A stretch of DNA of 64,000 bases from Octopus vulgaris (taxonomy: Eukaryota), in contig OX597822.1 in assembly GCA_951406725.2 (NCBI GenBank), positions 47,554,001 through 47,618,000 of the forward strand, given 5' to 3'. Both the position numbers and the translations under genes were made by a program. Under the pieces are notes generated by a model. The model did no database searches and was not told the DNA's origin. It saw nothing but the letters and a program-made list of their open reading frames with translations. Of this stretch, positions 23,658 through 36,824 are shown in pieces (the first letter of the stretch is position 1; each line of letters starts with the position of its first letter).

Positions 23658-26600
23658 TCTCTTATCTCTTATGATAAAAGGCAGATTTTCTCTGCCTCCC
23701 AAATCGTTCGTTTTTTATACAATTCTACAATATAGAATTTCTTCAATTGGAATTTACCTATGATTTTTCCAAGTAGATTCCATTAGGTCATGGCGTGTAA
23801 AGTTTTTTCAATTTGATCCCCAATTAAGCAAAAATTCGAGAAAACTCGATATGTTACGATTTGCCTCTCTCATTTCAAGTGCTTCACTCCTTCCATTACC
23901 ACTACACTTTCTCCTCCTTTCTCTTTGCAAGTGTGCAACAATTAAAGTGAAAATATTTATATAACAGGGATGAGTTATTAATACTGGTCATCCTTTTTGC
24001 TAGAGGAAGATCCGCTATGGTCTTATATGCTACACCACTGGTTTTCAATTCATATTAATCAAATTAATATTCAATTTTTCACTCTTATTATGTGTGTGTG
24101 TGTATTAGCAATTCGTATAATTTTGCATCAATGACTTGAACGTGAATAGGTGGTTTCACATAAATGGGGATAAATTAAAGAGGTTTGTTGTTATTATTAT
24201 TACTGTTTGTCTATTGTAATCACGTGTGTTGGTTCCTCGTCAGGGAAACGTTGTTGTGTTCCATTTGTTAAATAATTGTAAACCGTAACCCTCCCCCTTT
24301 CGGAGAAGGGGCTTTGGTTATTGTTTCAAAATTGAATTGTGTCCCTGTTTGGGGAAATTCACAATATTTTCACCGTCTTTACGGAAGCATTTTTGTTAAA
24401 ATGCCTTCGACAGAAGAAAGTCCAAAAATAAATTTCGCTGCAACCGTACACTTCTATACAAGAGGGAGGACAAGATCCAATTGATCGAAATTGCAAGAGA
24501 CGGGCCTACAATTCCAGTCTGTTATATATTTTGAGTATTATTATCACTAGCGATATCAAGATATAACTTTGTATTTTGTATTTTATGTGTAGATGTATAT
24601 ATATAGATGTACATGTAATATGTACACATATATATACACATATATACATGCATAATATATCTACCCACACACACACACACACACGCACATACATAGGGGC
24701 AGGTGTGGCTGTGTGATGTCACAGTACTTGGCAGGTCGGTACATAAGCAGTGGTGAAGCTTTTTGGCGGATATTCGGGTTTCCACTTCACCAAAGGCACC
24801 CGCCATCATACAACTAGCGGTTCATTTGGAAAATGGCCAGCGAACTTACTTTACTGAACAGACTGCAGCTGAATTGGCGGCAAATCCAAAACAAACAACT
24901 TTGACCGGTTTCTTTAGGCTTTGCCAACTTGACACATTTGCTAAAACACTTTTATACCCTCACGTCCCGTCTTACTACGTGTGGTCAAACAACAATTGGG
25001 TGCGTAGGAAGTCGGGTCAGGATGTTGAAGGACATCCTGGTGTCAAGTTTAACAGTTGTCTCGGAAGGGTCTACACTGTACCTCCAAACCAACATGAGTG
25101 TTTTCACCTGCGCCTTCTCCTCCATGAGGTTTTAGGCCCACAAAGTTTTCAAGACATCAGAACTGTTGATGGTGTATTATGTGATATTTTCCGCGAAGCC
25201 TGTTTTCGGCGTCGACTTTTGGAGGATGATTCACAATGGGGCGCCACTATGGCGGAGGGTGTTTCGTTAAAATCTCCTAAAAAATCAGATCGCTTTTCGC
25301 TATTCTACTACTATGGTGTGACTTGGCTAATCCCGCCTCTTTATGGCTTACCTACAAAGATTATATGTCTGAAGATTTCCTGCGTCACGCTCAATCGCTA
25401 CATCCATCAATAGAGGTCGGGTACACTGACCTCATTTACAACAGGGCGCTGCTTGAAATCGAAGATACTGTACTTGATATGGGCGGTAATGCCTTGCCGG
25501 TCTATGGCCTACCTTCAACAAACCGGGAAGGCACAAACACTCTGTCTTTACATTTGCTGCATGAGACATGTTTTAATGTTGACGAGCTTGCCGAGTACAT
25601 AGCCGACAATGAGCCAAAGCTCCTTCCAGAACAGAAGTTCGCTTACAACTCCGTTGTTAATTCAGTCCGGGCCAAAGCTGGGGGGATTTTTTTCCTGGAC
25701 GCTCCTGGGGGCACTGGGAAAACTTTTGTCAACAAATTAATATTGGCTGAGATTAGGCGAACACAAGGCATTGCCCTAGCTGTGGCATCATCTGGAATTG
25801 CGGCTACTTTGTTGCCAGGCGGCAGGACAGCTCACTCCACTTTCAAGCTCCCGCTTGATTTAGCGAAGACTGAGACACCAACTTGCAACATCTCCGATCA
25901 GGCAGAAGTCTTCAGACGATGCAAGCTTATCGTTTGGGATGAATGCACGATGGCCCACAGAGGTGCTCTTGAGGCACTAGATAGATCTCTCAGAGACATC
26001 AAACACTCTTCAGCTCCCATGGGAGGCATAACACTTCTTCTTTCAGGGGCCTTCCGACAAACACTTCCCGTTATTCCCAAATGGACTAGAGCTGATGCAG
26101 TAAGTGCGTGTCTTAAGTCATCCACATTGTGGCCACTGGTGAAGACTCTCAAACTTCACACCAATATGCGTCCTCATATGCGACGTGATATCACATCAGC
26201 AGCATTTTCTCACACCCTCCTTGCACTTGGCGAAGGCAAAATACCAGGGGATGAAAAAGTAATATTGCCATCGATTCCATTTGTACCATTGTTAAAACGC
26301 CTTCTGATCTCAGAGATGCAGTGTTCCCAGATCTACAAGCTAATTATCAGAATATGGATTGGCTGGCCCCGAGGAATAAAACTGTTCACCATATTAATGA
26401 TGAAATGTTAAAACTCATTCCTGGGGATGTCTATGTATATAAGTCTATCGATACAACTCCTGACCCAGAGGACGTCATCAATTATCCAATAGAGGTACTC
26501 AATTCTTTTGAGCCCCCCGAACTACCACCACACATTCTCAAACTTAAAGTTGGTGCCCCTATAATGCTCATTAGAAATTTGGTTCCCCCAAAACAATGCA

Positions 26601-27797
26601 ATGGCACACGTTTGATCGTTAAGTCCTTATCTCCCAATCTGATTGAGGCCACCATTATCACAGGGTGCGGTCGAGGCAATGTTGTGCTCATACCTAGGAT
26701 GCATCTTTTCCCATCAGGAGCAGACCTACCTTTCATATTTCGGAGGTTCCAGTTCCCTGTAAGGCCATGTTTCGCAATGTCAATTAACAAAGCACAGGGT
26801 CAAACACTGTTTGTGGCGGGAATACATTTGGGAGAGCCATGTTTCTCTCATGGTCAGCTTTATGTTGGCTGCTCGCGTGTCGGCAGCAACAGTGATGCTT
26901 TCGCATTCGTTCCACAACGAAAAACAAAAAACATTGTGTACAAGGAGGTTTTATAGGATTACTACGTTTCATCATTTTCGAACACGTTCGTATTTCACTT
27001 ACATACGACTCTCTTTTATGATGGCATTTACATTTTTAGGCGTGTCATGACATTAATTTACACTTAACCAATACCGGTCCTTCGCTCACCTCTATTTCTA
27101 TCCATTCATCATCAAACCACCAGCCTCATCTTCTATATCCAACGTACATGACACATCTACCCCCTAAATCTACACTCTCACTGTTAAAGTTTACATAAGC
27201 GACAACACGTTTGCAACATACACTTTGGAAACTAAGCAACAGATCATTTTATACAACAACAAATTTAATCATAACGCCTATCAATGAAAACATCTCCACC
27301 ACTGTGTTGTGATTCATCTATTCAGCACCACTACAGTCTTGCCGGTCTGACATATGGTGAGTAGATGCTATTGTTCTATATTTTATAAATTACCCATATT
27401 TACTTACCCATGCTTCATTCCCCTCTTGCCTACATAGGGCATCCATTCTCTTTTAACACAGCATGAAGTTTTGTAACAGCACATCCGCTGCCGTTCGTGG
27501 AAAACGAAGAGACCCTATTTACCTGCGAACGTTTTACATCGCCTTCCACAACTATCAAATTCTTACAATTATGAGAACAATAACATGGCTCTTTTCAAGG
27601 CAACCTCGCATTCAATTCTTACACCATTCTACGAAGGGGTAGGAACCCCTTTACACGGCTTTCTATACACTTACAAATACTTTCATTCGCCCTAAACTTA
27701 TATCAATATTTGCCTGAATAATCATCATAATTCAGTGCAATCATTAACAGTACTTTCAAGCAATTCAGCCCCGAGCAACGCCGGGCAATTCTGCTAG
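23658..27797 (+). mobile_element. Internally deleted Helitron (rolling-circle transposon)
   Basis: Likely 5' end A|TC at 23658 (or 23665; TCTCTTA is duplicated). 3' hairpin CCCGAGCAACGCCGGG (27770-27785), then CTAG at 27794-27797 followed by T. Carries the helicase ORFs; no Rep/HUH motifs seen. Confidence 0.85.
24798..26956 (+). pseudogene. Helitron RepHel C-terminal half: PIF1-family SF1B DNA helicase, frameshifted twice
   Basis: ORFs 24763-25413, 25323-26411 and 26321-26956 give LAVHLENGQR, Walker A FFLDAPGGTGKT, Walker B LIVWDECTM, motif III GAFRQTLPV (D to A), QFPVRPCFAMSINKAQGQTL and FSHGQLYVGCSRV..KNIVYKEVL*. Confidence 0.95.
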
Positions 27798-28009
27798 TAG
27801 CTTATAGACTCTGAATGTAGTTCTATATAAATCTTTAATAATTGTTTTTATACTTAAGACCATCAGAAATGTTAAGATATCAGCCTCTACCCACGTTGTC
27901 ATGCTTTGATTAAAAGGTTACAGCAAATATTAGATTACTTAGATAAATTTCGGCCGAAGTTGTCTAATTTAATAGCACCACTTGGAAGAGATACACAATC
28001 AGCTCTGGG

Positions 28010-28330
28010 GAACCGTAGCCCATTCAAGCAGAGAGTTATTGTTTTCAGAGACATATCTGGGTGTGGGTGGTTTATCTGGTATTTGTTGGGGGGTAATCAT
28101 CTAGGGATCGTTTGAATGCCATGAAGTCACTTTCCTCCTTTATGTGTGACTGGCACGATGTTGAAGAGAGCAGGGTCAATTAAGGTGAAATAGTTCTGTC
28201 ATAGTGTTGTGATACGACACGAACCTTTCGGTAGTGGACAGATGGCACGGGGACCAAGCCTCGGACGAATTTTAAAGATAGGCAATGTTGATGGACTATT
28301 TTCCACATCATACAAATAATATAGGGCTCA
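28010..28330 (-). pseudogene. CR1-like LINE ORF2 C-terminal fragment
   Basis: Minus strand NYFTLIDPALFNIVP..KEESDFMAFKRSLDDY..QIPDKP..YVSENNNSLLEWA, matching the LFN.LP and FK..LD motifs. Confidence 0.75.
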
Positions 28331-28394
28331 CAACGGCGGTGGAGGGAGCAAAGCCTGAGCTTTTTGAGTCAAGGCTTGTCATGTCATGTCATCC

Positions 28395-28762
28395 TCCGCA
28401 AACCTCCGCCAAGCGGCTCATTTTCGTAAAATTACTAATACAAAAAGGAAAATAAACTTTGGAAACAGCAACACCACCATAGGTTATGTGGAAACGATGA
28501 ACGTGTTTTCAAGGGAGATAATCAAAGAACGTAACATTGTAATACTTCATGTAAAGTAAATATAACAAATGAAAAATCCTTCAAGAATCCATATAAATTA
28601 CCGGATCACTACCAAAATTTCATCATTTGTTCCTTGTATCATTACCAACTTTTTCTGCAAGTTTCATCAAATACCGTTCGTAACTTTTTGAGTTATTTTG
28701 CACACAGACGGACAAACCAACGCCGATGAAAACATACCCTCCTTCCTTGGCGGAGGTAATAA
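28395..28762 (-). mobile_element. Helentron-associated (HINE/DINE-1-like) non-autonomous element
   Basis: Perfect 12-bp sub-terminal IR ACCTCCGCCAAG (28402-28413) / CTTGGCGGAGGT (28746-28757); minus-strand start ATTACCTCCGCCAAGG..TATGTTTTCATCGGCGTTGGTTTGTCCGTCTGT. Confidence 0.8.
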
Positions 28763-28775
28763 TCACTTCTGATAG

Positions 28776-28995
28776 CAAAGGCAGTGAGCTGGTAGCAACG
28801 TTAACACGCTGGACGAAATGCTCAGCGGTATTTCGTCCGTCACAACGTTCTGAGTTCAAATTCCGCCGAGGTCGACTTTGCCTTTCATCCTTTCGGGGTC
28901 GATAAATTAAGTACCAGTTACGCACTGGGGTCGATGTAATCGACTTAATCCGTTTGTCCCCTCTGTGTTTAGCCCCTTGTGGGTAGTAAAGAAAT
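28776..28995 (+). mobile_element. Young full-length SINE family A with 22-bp TSD
   Basis: Perfect direct repeat AGGTAATAATCACTTCTGATAG at 28754-28775 and 28996-29017. Confidence 0.95.
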
Positions 28996-30615
28996 AGGTA
29001 ATAATCACTTCTGATAGTATCTTGCTATTGCATTACAATTTCCCTCGCGTTTAGACTTAAAGAATATATTTGGCAATGTGTTTCTAAAGCGTTCGGTTGA
29101 AGTTTTTCGGAACGCTGAGCCACTTTAGATTTTTTCCTAAGTAGATTCCTCGCTCCATCAAAGGAACATATTTGTGCTAGTTTCGTAATCCTTTTCGCCT
29201 CTCAATCGTACTAGATTATTAGATGATTCTTTAACAGTTTCTTGCGTAGTTATTCACTGTTGCAAACACTCATTGATTTTTATTGTGCATTTCTGATTTG
29301 TCTGCATTGTTTCCGTACGTCTAACAATTCTTTACCATTATAACATTAGGAATTAACACTGCTATTTCAATAGCAGTACGATTGACAGTCAGAGAATCGA
29401 TGTTCCTCAAAACGCCAACGAACTTTTTTCCAGTTACAAAATGATTTTTTTAAATGCATTTTGTTTACCTCTAACATGCTATTGTTTTTAATTTTCATCA
29501 CACTTGGCACAGAAAATCAAAATTACAATATACATACACGATTGTATGTTTGGTGATAATGAAGGAATTTAAAAGAATTGAAACAACTTGAATGAAAAAA
29601 TTTGAAAAAAACCGCTTCTGGTTGCCCGATTTCCGCTTGGAATAATTCAAATTAATTGGTTGATTCGGATGAGTAAGCAGCAAACCTGAGGCGGTTTCTT
29701 TGTCTGGTTTTACTGAAGTTGATTGAGGTATTGAAACCGAAACTATTGCAGTAGCAGTGACTTTGCTATAAGTCTTTGATTATACTTGCAACTGTGAAAT
29801 ACGGTTTATTCCTGTAGCTGATGAACATGAATCATTGGGATTTATCGGTTTTTGTTTTAAAAAATTGCTGCTTGCTACTGATGGGCATACTCGAAATTGT
29901 AAAATAATTCTATTAAACACAATTTCTGAAACAAAGCCATTTTTCAGAGGACATTCAACGTGGCAAATTAACTTTTTTAACTCTTTCAGACCTTATGGCA
30001 TCACATGTGAACACTTAAATTTATTATACTTTAAAACAGCATATAATCATTCTAATATTTTTTGCGTTGGATCAGAGTCTAGTGAATCAACATAATTTTT
30101 ATTAAATCGATTACTGTACTTGCTGAAAATGTTTTTAAACACAAAAGACATCATCTCATAGTAGAAGCACTCAGCTTTCTACTCTGACCCGAATTTGTAG
30201 GGTCTTAACTACTTCGGCACGGTGAAGCATCGACGATAATGTGTGAATTTCTCCTTACATATTATAGACGCAGCATTCAATCATGCAACGTCAACAATAA
30301 ATAGCACAACTAAATAGAGGCAAAGCAATGAATTGAATCTACCAACTCACTGTTCAATGATGGTGTTATTCCCGCCTAGTTATTAGGGTGTTGCTCGCAC
30401 GATTGCAAGACCTTGGTTTCGATTTCCGGATCAGAAAGTGCAAAACACTATTCATTTCAGGTTACTCCGGTCCATTCAACAGTAAATGAATGACTGGTGT
30501 CCCATTCAGTAGCTATGTTGTGATCTCTATCACCCATATGCCATGGTAAGCTGGCAACCGGTTGTGTGGGTTCTAGGACTCGAGACACTTATGTCCATCT
30601 AAGTAATTGCTGAAT

Positions 30616-30795
30616 TACATTCATAGAAGAGAGGAACCTTGACGTTGTGAAATCTGTGCTAAATCACTCTCTCACAGAAGTACTGTAATTATACACAAAC
30701 TCATTCATTTAGGGGAGAAGCAAAATTACTGTGATATCTGTGACAAGTCACTCCTTGTTAGTAGCAACCCTACCACTGGCACACATGCACACGGT
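30616..30795 (+). pseudogene. Tandem C2H2 zinc-finger gene relic (about 2 fingers)
   Basis: YIHRREEP*RCEICAKSLSHRSTVIIHKLIHLGEKQNYCDICDKSLLVSSNPTTGTHAH: degenerate HTGEKPY linkers and one in-frame stop. Confidence 0.8.
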
Positions 30796-31204
30796 GAATA
30801 TACGCAAGCAGGCTGGAGTCAGGCCACAGCAGAATCGCGGCTAATCTGTGTCGTGTATCCCCTATATGTGCAGCAAGTGAGGCATCTTCGATATCGATAG
30901 GAGATGAAACAATAGACGAAGCCGGCACAACATACATCAATTGGATTTCGAATGTAAATTTTGGAGGTGTGAAAGATATTGAATATTTCTAAAAATGTAA
31001 TATTGATATAGTTTTGCATGCTGATGACGAAGATTACATTCATTTTCTTTTTCCTAGAAATTAATAAGTTACGAGCACTTACAGTTATGTAATTTAAGCC
31101 AATCGAAATTATGGAACCTTGAAATGACGGTGACGTAAATACAGCAGCATCGGTTGTCAAGCTATGCTGGAGGGACAAACACAGACACACAAACATATAC
31201 ACTC

Positions 31205-31282
<78 letters not shown>

Positions 31283-31835
31283 GCTTTGGTCGGCCCGAGG
31301 CTACAATAGAAGACACTTGCCCAAGGTGCCACACAGTAGGACTGAACCCACAACCATGTGGTTGGTAAACAAGCTACTTACCACACAGCTACTCTTAATT
31401 TTAAATGCTTGTAACTTTTTTAAATATTCATTTCTAGAAAGAAAACAAAGGAAAAAAGAATGATTTTCGCCATCAGCACACAAAAGTATTATCAGTGTAG
31501 AAAATTTGAGAATAATCAGGTGAAAATATGAAGTACGTCAAGTGGTTGGAAGATATTTAACAAGATTTACATTTTTTTTTCTTTAGCTTTCTCTCCTCTT
31601 CTTTGAGAAAACAAAACTGAGTTTGCTTGCATATAATTTGTTTTCTTCGCAATGTTGTTGGACACGTTTAAAATATTTAGCCAATCTTAATTATATTGAA
31701 GAAGGTGATCTGTGTAGTTCCTTTTCAATTCTCAAAGGTTTCACAGAAGTTCCCGATTTCCATGAGAGACATTGGTTTGCCTAATATCAATCTTTATCCA
31801 CCAAACCGATCAAAGGCGTCCCAGAAAGCTTGTTT

Positions 31836-32082
31836 TCAGCGGTTCCCAAACCTTCTTTGCCCTACGAATCGGTTTCATATAAGATAGTTTGTCCACAAAA
31901 AGGGATCACACGCATAACAAAACAAAATGCATAAAATGTAATTCAATTATTGCATATATGTATTGCATATATAATGCAAAAACGCCCTGCAGACTGCGAT
32001 GGTCAAGAAGTAGAATTTTAAAATTTATTCTGTCTGTGTGGCCCGGTATTAAATGATCCGCGGTCCAGTGCTAGGGAAACTT
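31836..32082. mobile_element. hAT-like MITE relic
   Basis: Left CAGCGGTTCCCAAACCTT; right GCGGTCCAGTGCTAGGGAAAC (degenerate). Confidence 0.5.
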
Positions 32083-32087
32083 CAGGA

Positions 32088-32406
32088 CAATCCTTCAGTA
32101 TTGGTAGATGACGTCATTCACACACACACAACCTTCCTTAGGCATTGGTAATGATGTTCGGTTAAAAATACGGGGTGAATGACACTTTGGCGACCAATAC
32201 CGAAGGATCGCCGACCTCTGTACAGGGATTATATTATACAATATATCCGATTTTTATTTATTTAGTTATTGATATTCCTTCGGTATTAGTCTACTGAGTG
32301 TCGGTGTGAGGAGATGACGTCGTTCACCATTTTTTCCCTCTTTACCTATGTTATGAGGGAAAGTTGTATGGGTGAACGACGTAGTGAGCCAATATCGAAG
32401 GAATGC
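32088..32406. mobile_element. Two adjacent small foldback MITEs sharing the TIR ATTCCTTCGGTATTGG
   Basis: ATCCTTCAGTATTGGT..ACCAATACCGAAGGAT (about 32090-32208) and ATTCCTTCGGTATTAG..ACGTCGTTCACCAT / ATGGGTGAACGACGT..CCAATATCGAAGGAAT (about 32274-32405). Confidence 0.7.
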
Positions 32407-34289
32407 CAATTTATTTATCTGTTTGTAAAATATTTAAGGTCTTTAAACCGTAGTGAACCAGAGGTTAGAACACCTTAAACTGACGACGCTATTGTTAAAA
32501 AAACCAAGACATAAATAATTAATTTTATTTGATGAGCATAAAAGATGCATCCCAATTACAGCTGTGCACATTCAAAGGAAAAAAAGTTTTTAGTGCATAA
32601 AACGTGTAATATTTAAAGCAACTTGGGCGACAAGCTGGCAAAATCATGACTGCGCCAGAAAAAAAATGCTTAGCGGCATTTCTTCCGACTATACATTCTG
32701 AGTTCAAATCCCACCAGTGTTTCATTCTTTCGGCGTCGATAAAATGAGTACCAGTTGTATACTGGAGTCTATGTAAACGACTTGTCCCTACTCCAAAATT
32801 GCTGTGCCAACATTTGAAGCCAGTATTCAAAGCATCTTCGCATACTGGATCCGAGGTGACTTTTTAAATTTGGAAAACAGTGTGTGACTTATGCTTTCGA
32901 ATACGGTAATTTAAGGTGTGATTTGGCTGCTGTTTCTAGCAGATCTAGTGAGAATCCCTCACATACAAAAGCTCCCTCGTGTGTGTGTGTGTTCGTTCAG
33001 TGAAATTCTTTAGAATTCCCACAACTGAAATACAAAGTTGAAATCAATAATTACGATGACACAATCGTAGGCGGTAGACGCTGTGCTATTATTTACACGC
33101 AGATGACCAAATGAGAGCAATTTACTGCGGAGCTGTAGTCAGTCACACACATATACAGACCCCCCCCCCATATATATATGTATGTATGGCGTCATGTTGC
33201 TTATTGACTAGTGTTGTTATTGAAGTTCCGGTCAACTCTGATTGAGCAAATCTATAAGCAAAGTCGTTCCAGCCATAACAGTCCGTGTCGAAGACATTGC
33301 TTTTTAAAAAAATAAATAAAAAGAATAGGACAGCAGTAGAGTGTAATTTGCAAGAGATTTGGCTGCTATTTCTTAGCAACTTGAGCGAGCACACCAGGCT
33401 ACGTTCTGTGTTTGAATCCCTTTGACATCGACTTCGTTTGTCATTCTTCCAGGGATCAATAAAATAAAACACCAGGCACCCTTGGTTCCAAAGCTTTAAC
33501 AGATTAACCGTTTGTCGGGCCATTCGCGGTCATGTCATAATAATTCAACACAACACTGACTTCCTAATTATATCTCCCATTTGTCCAAATTACCATGAAC
33601 AGTTCTACTTTATTTTGAATCAATACAGATTAAGGGTTTGTGCTTGACACTGTCACTGAAGGTTTTCAGTTCTCTTACCTGTAGTAACATTAGCTAAGGG
33701 TGACGTTAAGCTGAATAAGCAAGGAAGCTCTCAAAATGTTACCACCACAAACAAATGCGGCGTAAATAATGCACGTAAAACACACATTATACATAACGCC
33801 ATCTGTGATTGCGCAGTGATCTATACTGGTAATCACAGGGACTTCCTGTTCTCCACCCCATCGTAAAGATTAAAGGTTAAAGGTGTTACTGAACTATCAG
33901 CTGCCGGAAAATCGGCGGTGTACTCATACATAGACATTACGAACGGAGAAATACTGAGCGACGCAATATTTTTAGATATTTCTCTAGGATCTGAGCCAAA
34001 TGAGATATTCCAGCTCAAGTAGCTGGTTCTCTTTTATCTTCATGTTCCTTTTTCTATGAGCATTTATCTGTTACTAAACACAAAGCTTTTGACATCATGG
34101 AGAGGTATCCACATCTTTAACGATAAAATATTTGATAAAATAGCTACACCGATTTTGATGTTTTACTCAGTTATCCTATACAAAGAAGAGAGATCCTTTC
34201 AAGAGTTCTGTCCAGTTCTACAAATAGTCCTTGTAATTACATGTAATTGTTGTTGTTGGTAGTGGTGGTGGTGATAGTGGTTGGTGTTT

Positions 34290-34830
34290 ATTTATCTACA
34301 CTTAAGTGCTCCCGTGTTGGGCGACGCACGTGACAGCCAAAGCTCTCCAGCAGGATCGGTCTGCTTATGACCGTTAGCCCGATACTGCAATGGTTTTGCA
34401 TTTTGAACTGTTTTCGTAGCTTGAACTTTTCTTACGGGGAGAGTGTGCTTACCTCAAACTCAATCACTTGACTTTAGGAAAGAGACTGTAAATGGAGCTG
34501 TTTCTGTTGAGTGTTAGCCAATGTCCACGAAACATAATGTGGGTCGCCTTCAGCCACAGACATCTGGTTAGCTGTTGGTCTTCTTGAGACACTTCCGCCC
34601 AGTCCGTTGGCTGTTGCCTCAGTTCTTGCACCCGCCTTTTGGTGCTGTATCAGCACCGCCACCTCATGTGCTTTAGCTCCCCAACTGAGGCAGTATACCG
34701 GGGCGTGGCACTTGGAAGCAGCACATGAAAGATTTAGGGGTTGAGTGAAAGTTAGTCAAGCTTGTCCCCCACCTACCTGGTAGGGAGCAGCAGGCAAGAC
34801 ACCCAAGGTACTATCCCTTCCCAAAGCTCC
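34290..34830 (-). mobile_element. Non-autonomous, probably RTE-derived bipartite retroelement
   Basis: Minus-strand 3' end reads CWRALAVTCVAQHGST* (RTE-like terminus), joined to a GC-richer non-coding leader. Confidence 0.55.
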
Positions 34831-36653
34831 CTACACCTTCAGTCAAATTCTTGTCCAAGAGAACTTTGATCAAAAGCATTCCAGTCACCAACTAATTATT
34901 TTTAAAATCTTTTTTCTTTTACTTGTTTCCGTCATTAAACTGTGACCAGGCTGAAGAATTGGACAATATTTTGGTCGAATGAATCGACTCCAGTACTTGC
35001 TTTTTTTTTAAAGACTAGTATTTATTCTATCGCTTTCTTTTGCTGAACCGCTATGTTATGGTGACGTAAACACATCAACACTGGTTGTCAAGCGTTGGTG
35101 GGGGACAAGCGAAAATCACACATACATAGATGTGTATATATACGACAGGCTTCTTTCAGTTTCTGTCTACCAAACCTACTTACAAAGCTTTGGTCAGTCC
35201 GGGGCTATTGTAGAAGACACCTGCCCAATATGCCATGCAGTGGGACGGAACCAGGAACCCGGAACCATGTGGTTGGGAAACAAACTTCTGATCACACAGC
35301 CACGCCTTGTTATTGATTTTGAGGTATGTATGTAACCATTCGTTATATAAATTGTGAGGAAGTGATTTGAGGGAGATTTGGCTGATATTTGTAGCATAAC
35401 TGTCGATCACGTAAGGCTTCCTTCTTGGTATATACAGGCTATACGGGTTGTCAACTTCAACAATGAGCGTTCACCTTCAAAGATATAAAATTACCGACCT
35501 TCTACCGGGAAAGTTCAAAAGTGTTCAAAAGTATTTTTTTTAATCTTTTAGTCATAAGAGAAGGCCAATGATGATGACCCTTTATAGGGTATCTGAGACC
35601 AGAAGGAAGCGGAGAGGAAGATATTTTCAAACTCAGTACATGAAACAGAATTGACTCCGCTAAATGTACACAAGATACCAGATGGTGGTGTTAAATCGGG
35701 CGATAGATCAGGTCTACCACCGAAGTAGGCCATAGCGGGATTTGAATTCAGAACGCAAAGAACCGGAAAAAATACCACAAAGCATACTGTTCGCTGTCGT
35801 GATTGGGTACATTTTTTTATCGACTCCCCCCTCCCCAAAATGGAAGGCAAAGTCGACTTCGTCAGAGTTTGAACTCAAACAACAGAGAGTCGGAATAAAT
35901 ACTGCGAGATATTCTATTCAGTGTTCTAACCACTCCTCCAATTCACCGTGAGATTCGCTTTCTCTGTTGAGTTTTTCTCAGCAACGGATACCGTATTTAC
36001 TCTTTTATAAATGAAGAAAACTGGGGTGCGATATACATGGGGCAAGTTTAAATATGAAGGAAAAGAATTTTGTACTAAGATTTTATTCTGAATTATAGGT
36101 TCGACATATACACGAGTAAATACGATAATTTTCCTCAATTCATTTTTTAAATATCCTTTGAATTTTTTATCATTGATTCGTCTTTAACAGGCAAAAGCTC
36201 TTCAAAGGCTGTAACAATGACAGTTCTTTCAGATTTTCAGTAAAAGAGCAACTTTCGCTGCTAAATGTCAACAGATTCATATCGGTCATTCAACTATTTG
36301 GATTTGGAATTTATGATGAACTTTAACGTTAATGATTCCAAAACTGAGATGAACCACAAATACAACTTAGTGGCTATGTGGTAAGAAGTTTGCTTCACAG
36401 CCACGTGGTTTCGGGTTTGGTCCCACTGCGCGACTCCTTGGGCAAGTGTCTTCCACTATATTCCTTGGTCGATCAAAGCTTTGTAAATCTGGTTGACGGA
36501 AGCTGAAACAACACTTCAAGTAGATTCCCAAACATGGCCGCAATCCAACGACTGGAACAAGTAAAATACAAAAGAATGTGTATTGGACGAGTGACAGCAG
36601 TTTATGTCCCTCTTAAGCACTTGTTTAGATTTGAGAACACAATCTTTTGTTTG

Positions 36654-36713
<60 letters not shown>

Positions 36714-36824
36714 CGCGAATAACCTTGGCAGATCCCTTGGTAATATACAGGAAAATATTACAATATCATTGAGTATCTCAAAATTCACCGATTGCAGATG
36801 GCTGTTTTTCTTGATATGTATATT

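Noticed and set aside
24763-26956. Host PIF1 helicase gene
   Set aside because: Intronless, frameshifted, carries Helitron-specific motifs and a Helitron 3' terminus.
35566-35600. C/D box snoRNA (ATGATGA..CTGA)
   Set aside because: Boxes are only about 18 nt apart, too short, and the terminal stem is poor.
35548-35730. Coding exon on either strand
   Set aside because: Plus frames contain stops after the acceptor; the minus frame starts in a SINE and lacks splice sites or motifs.
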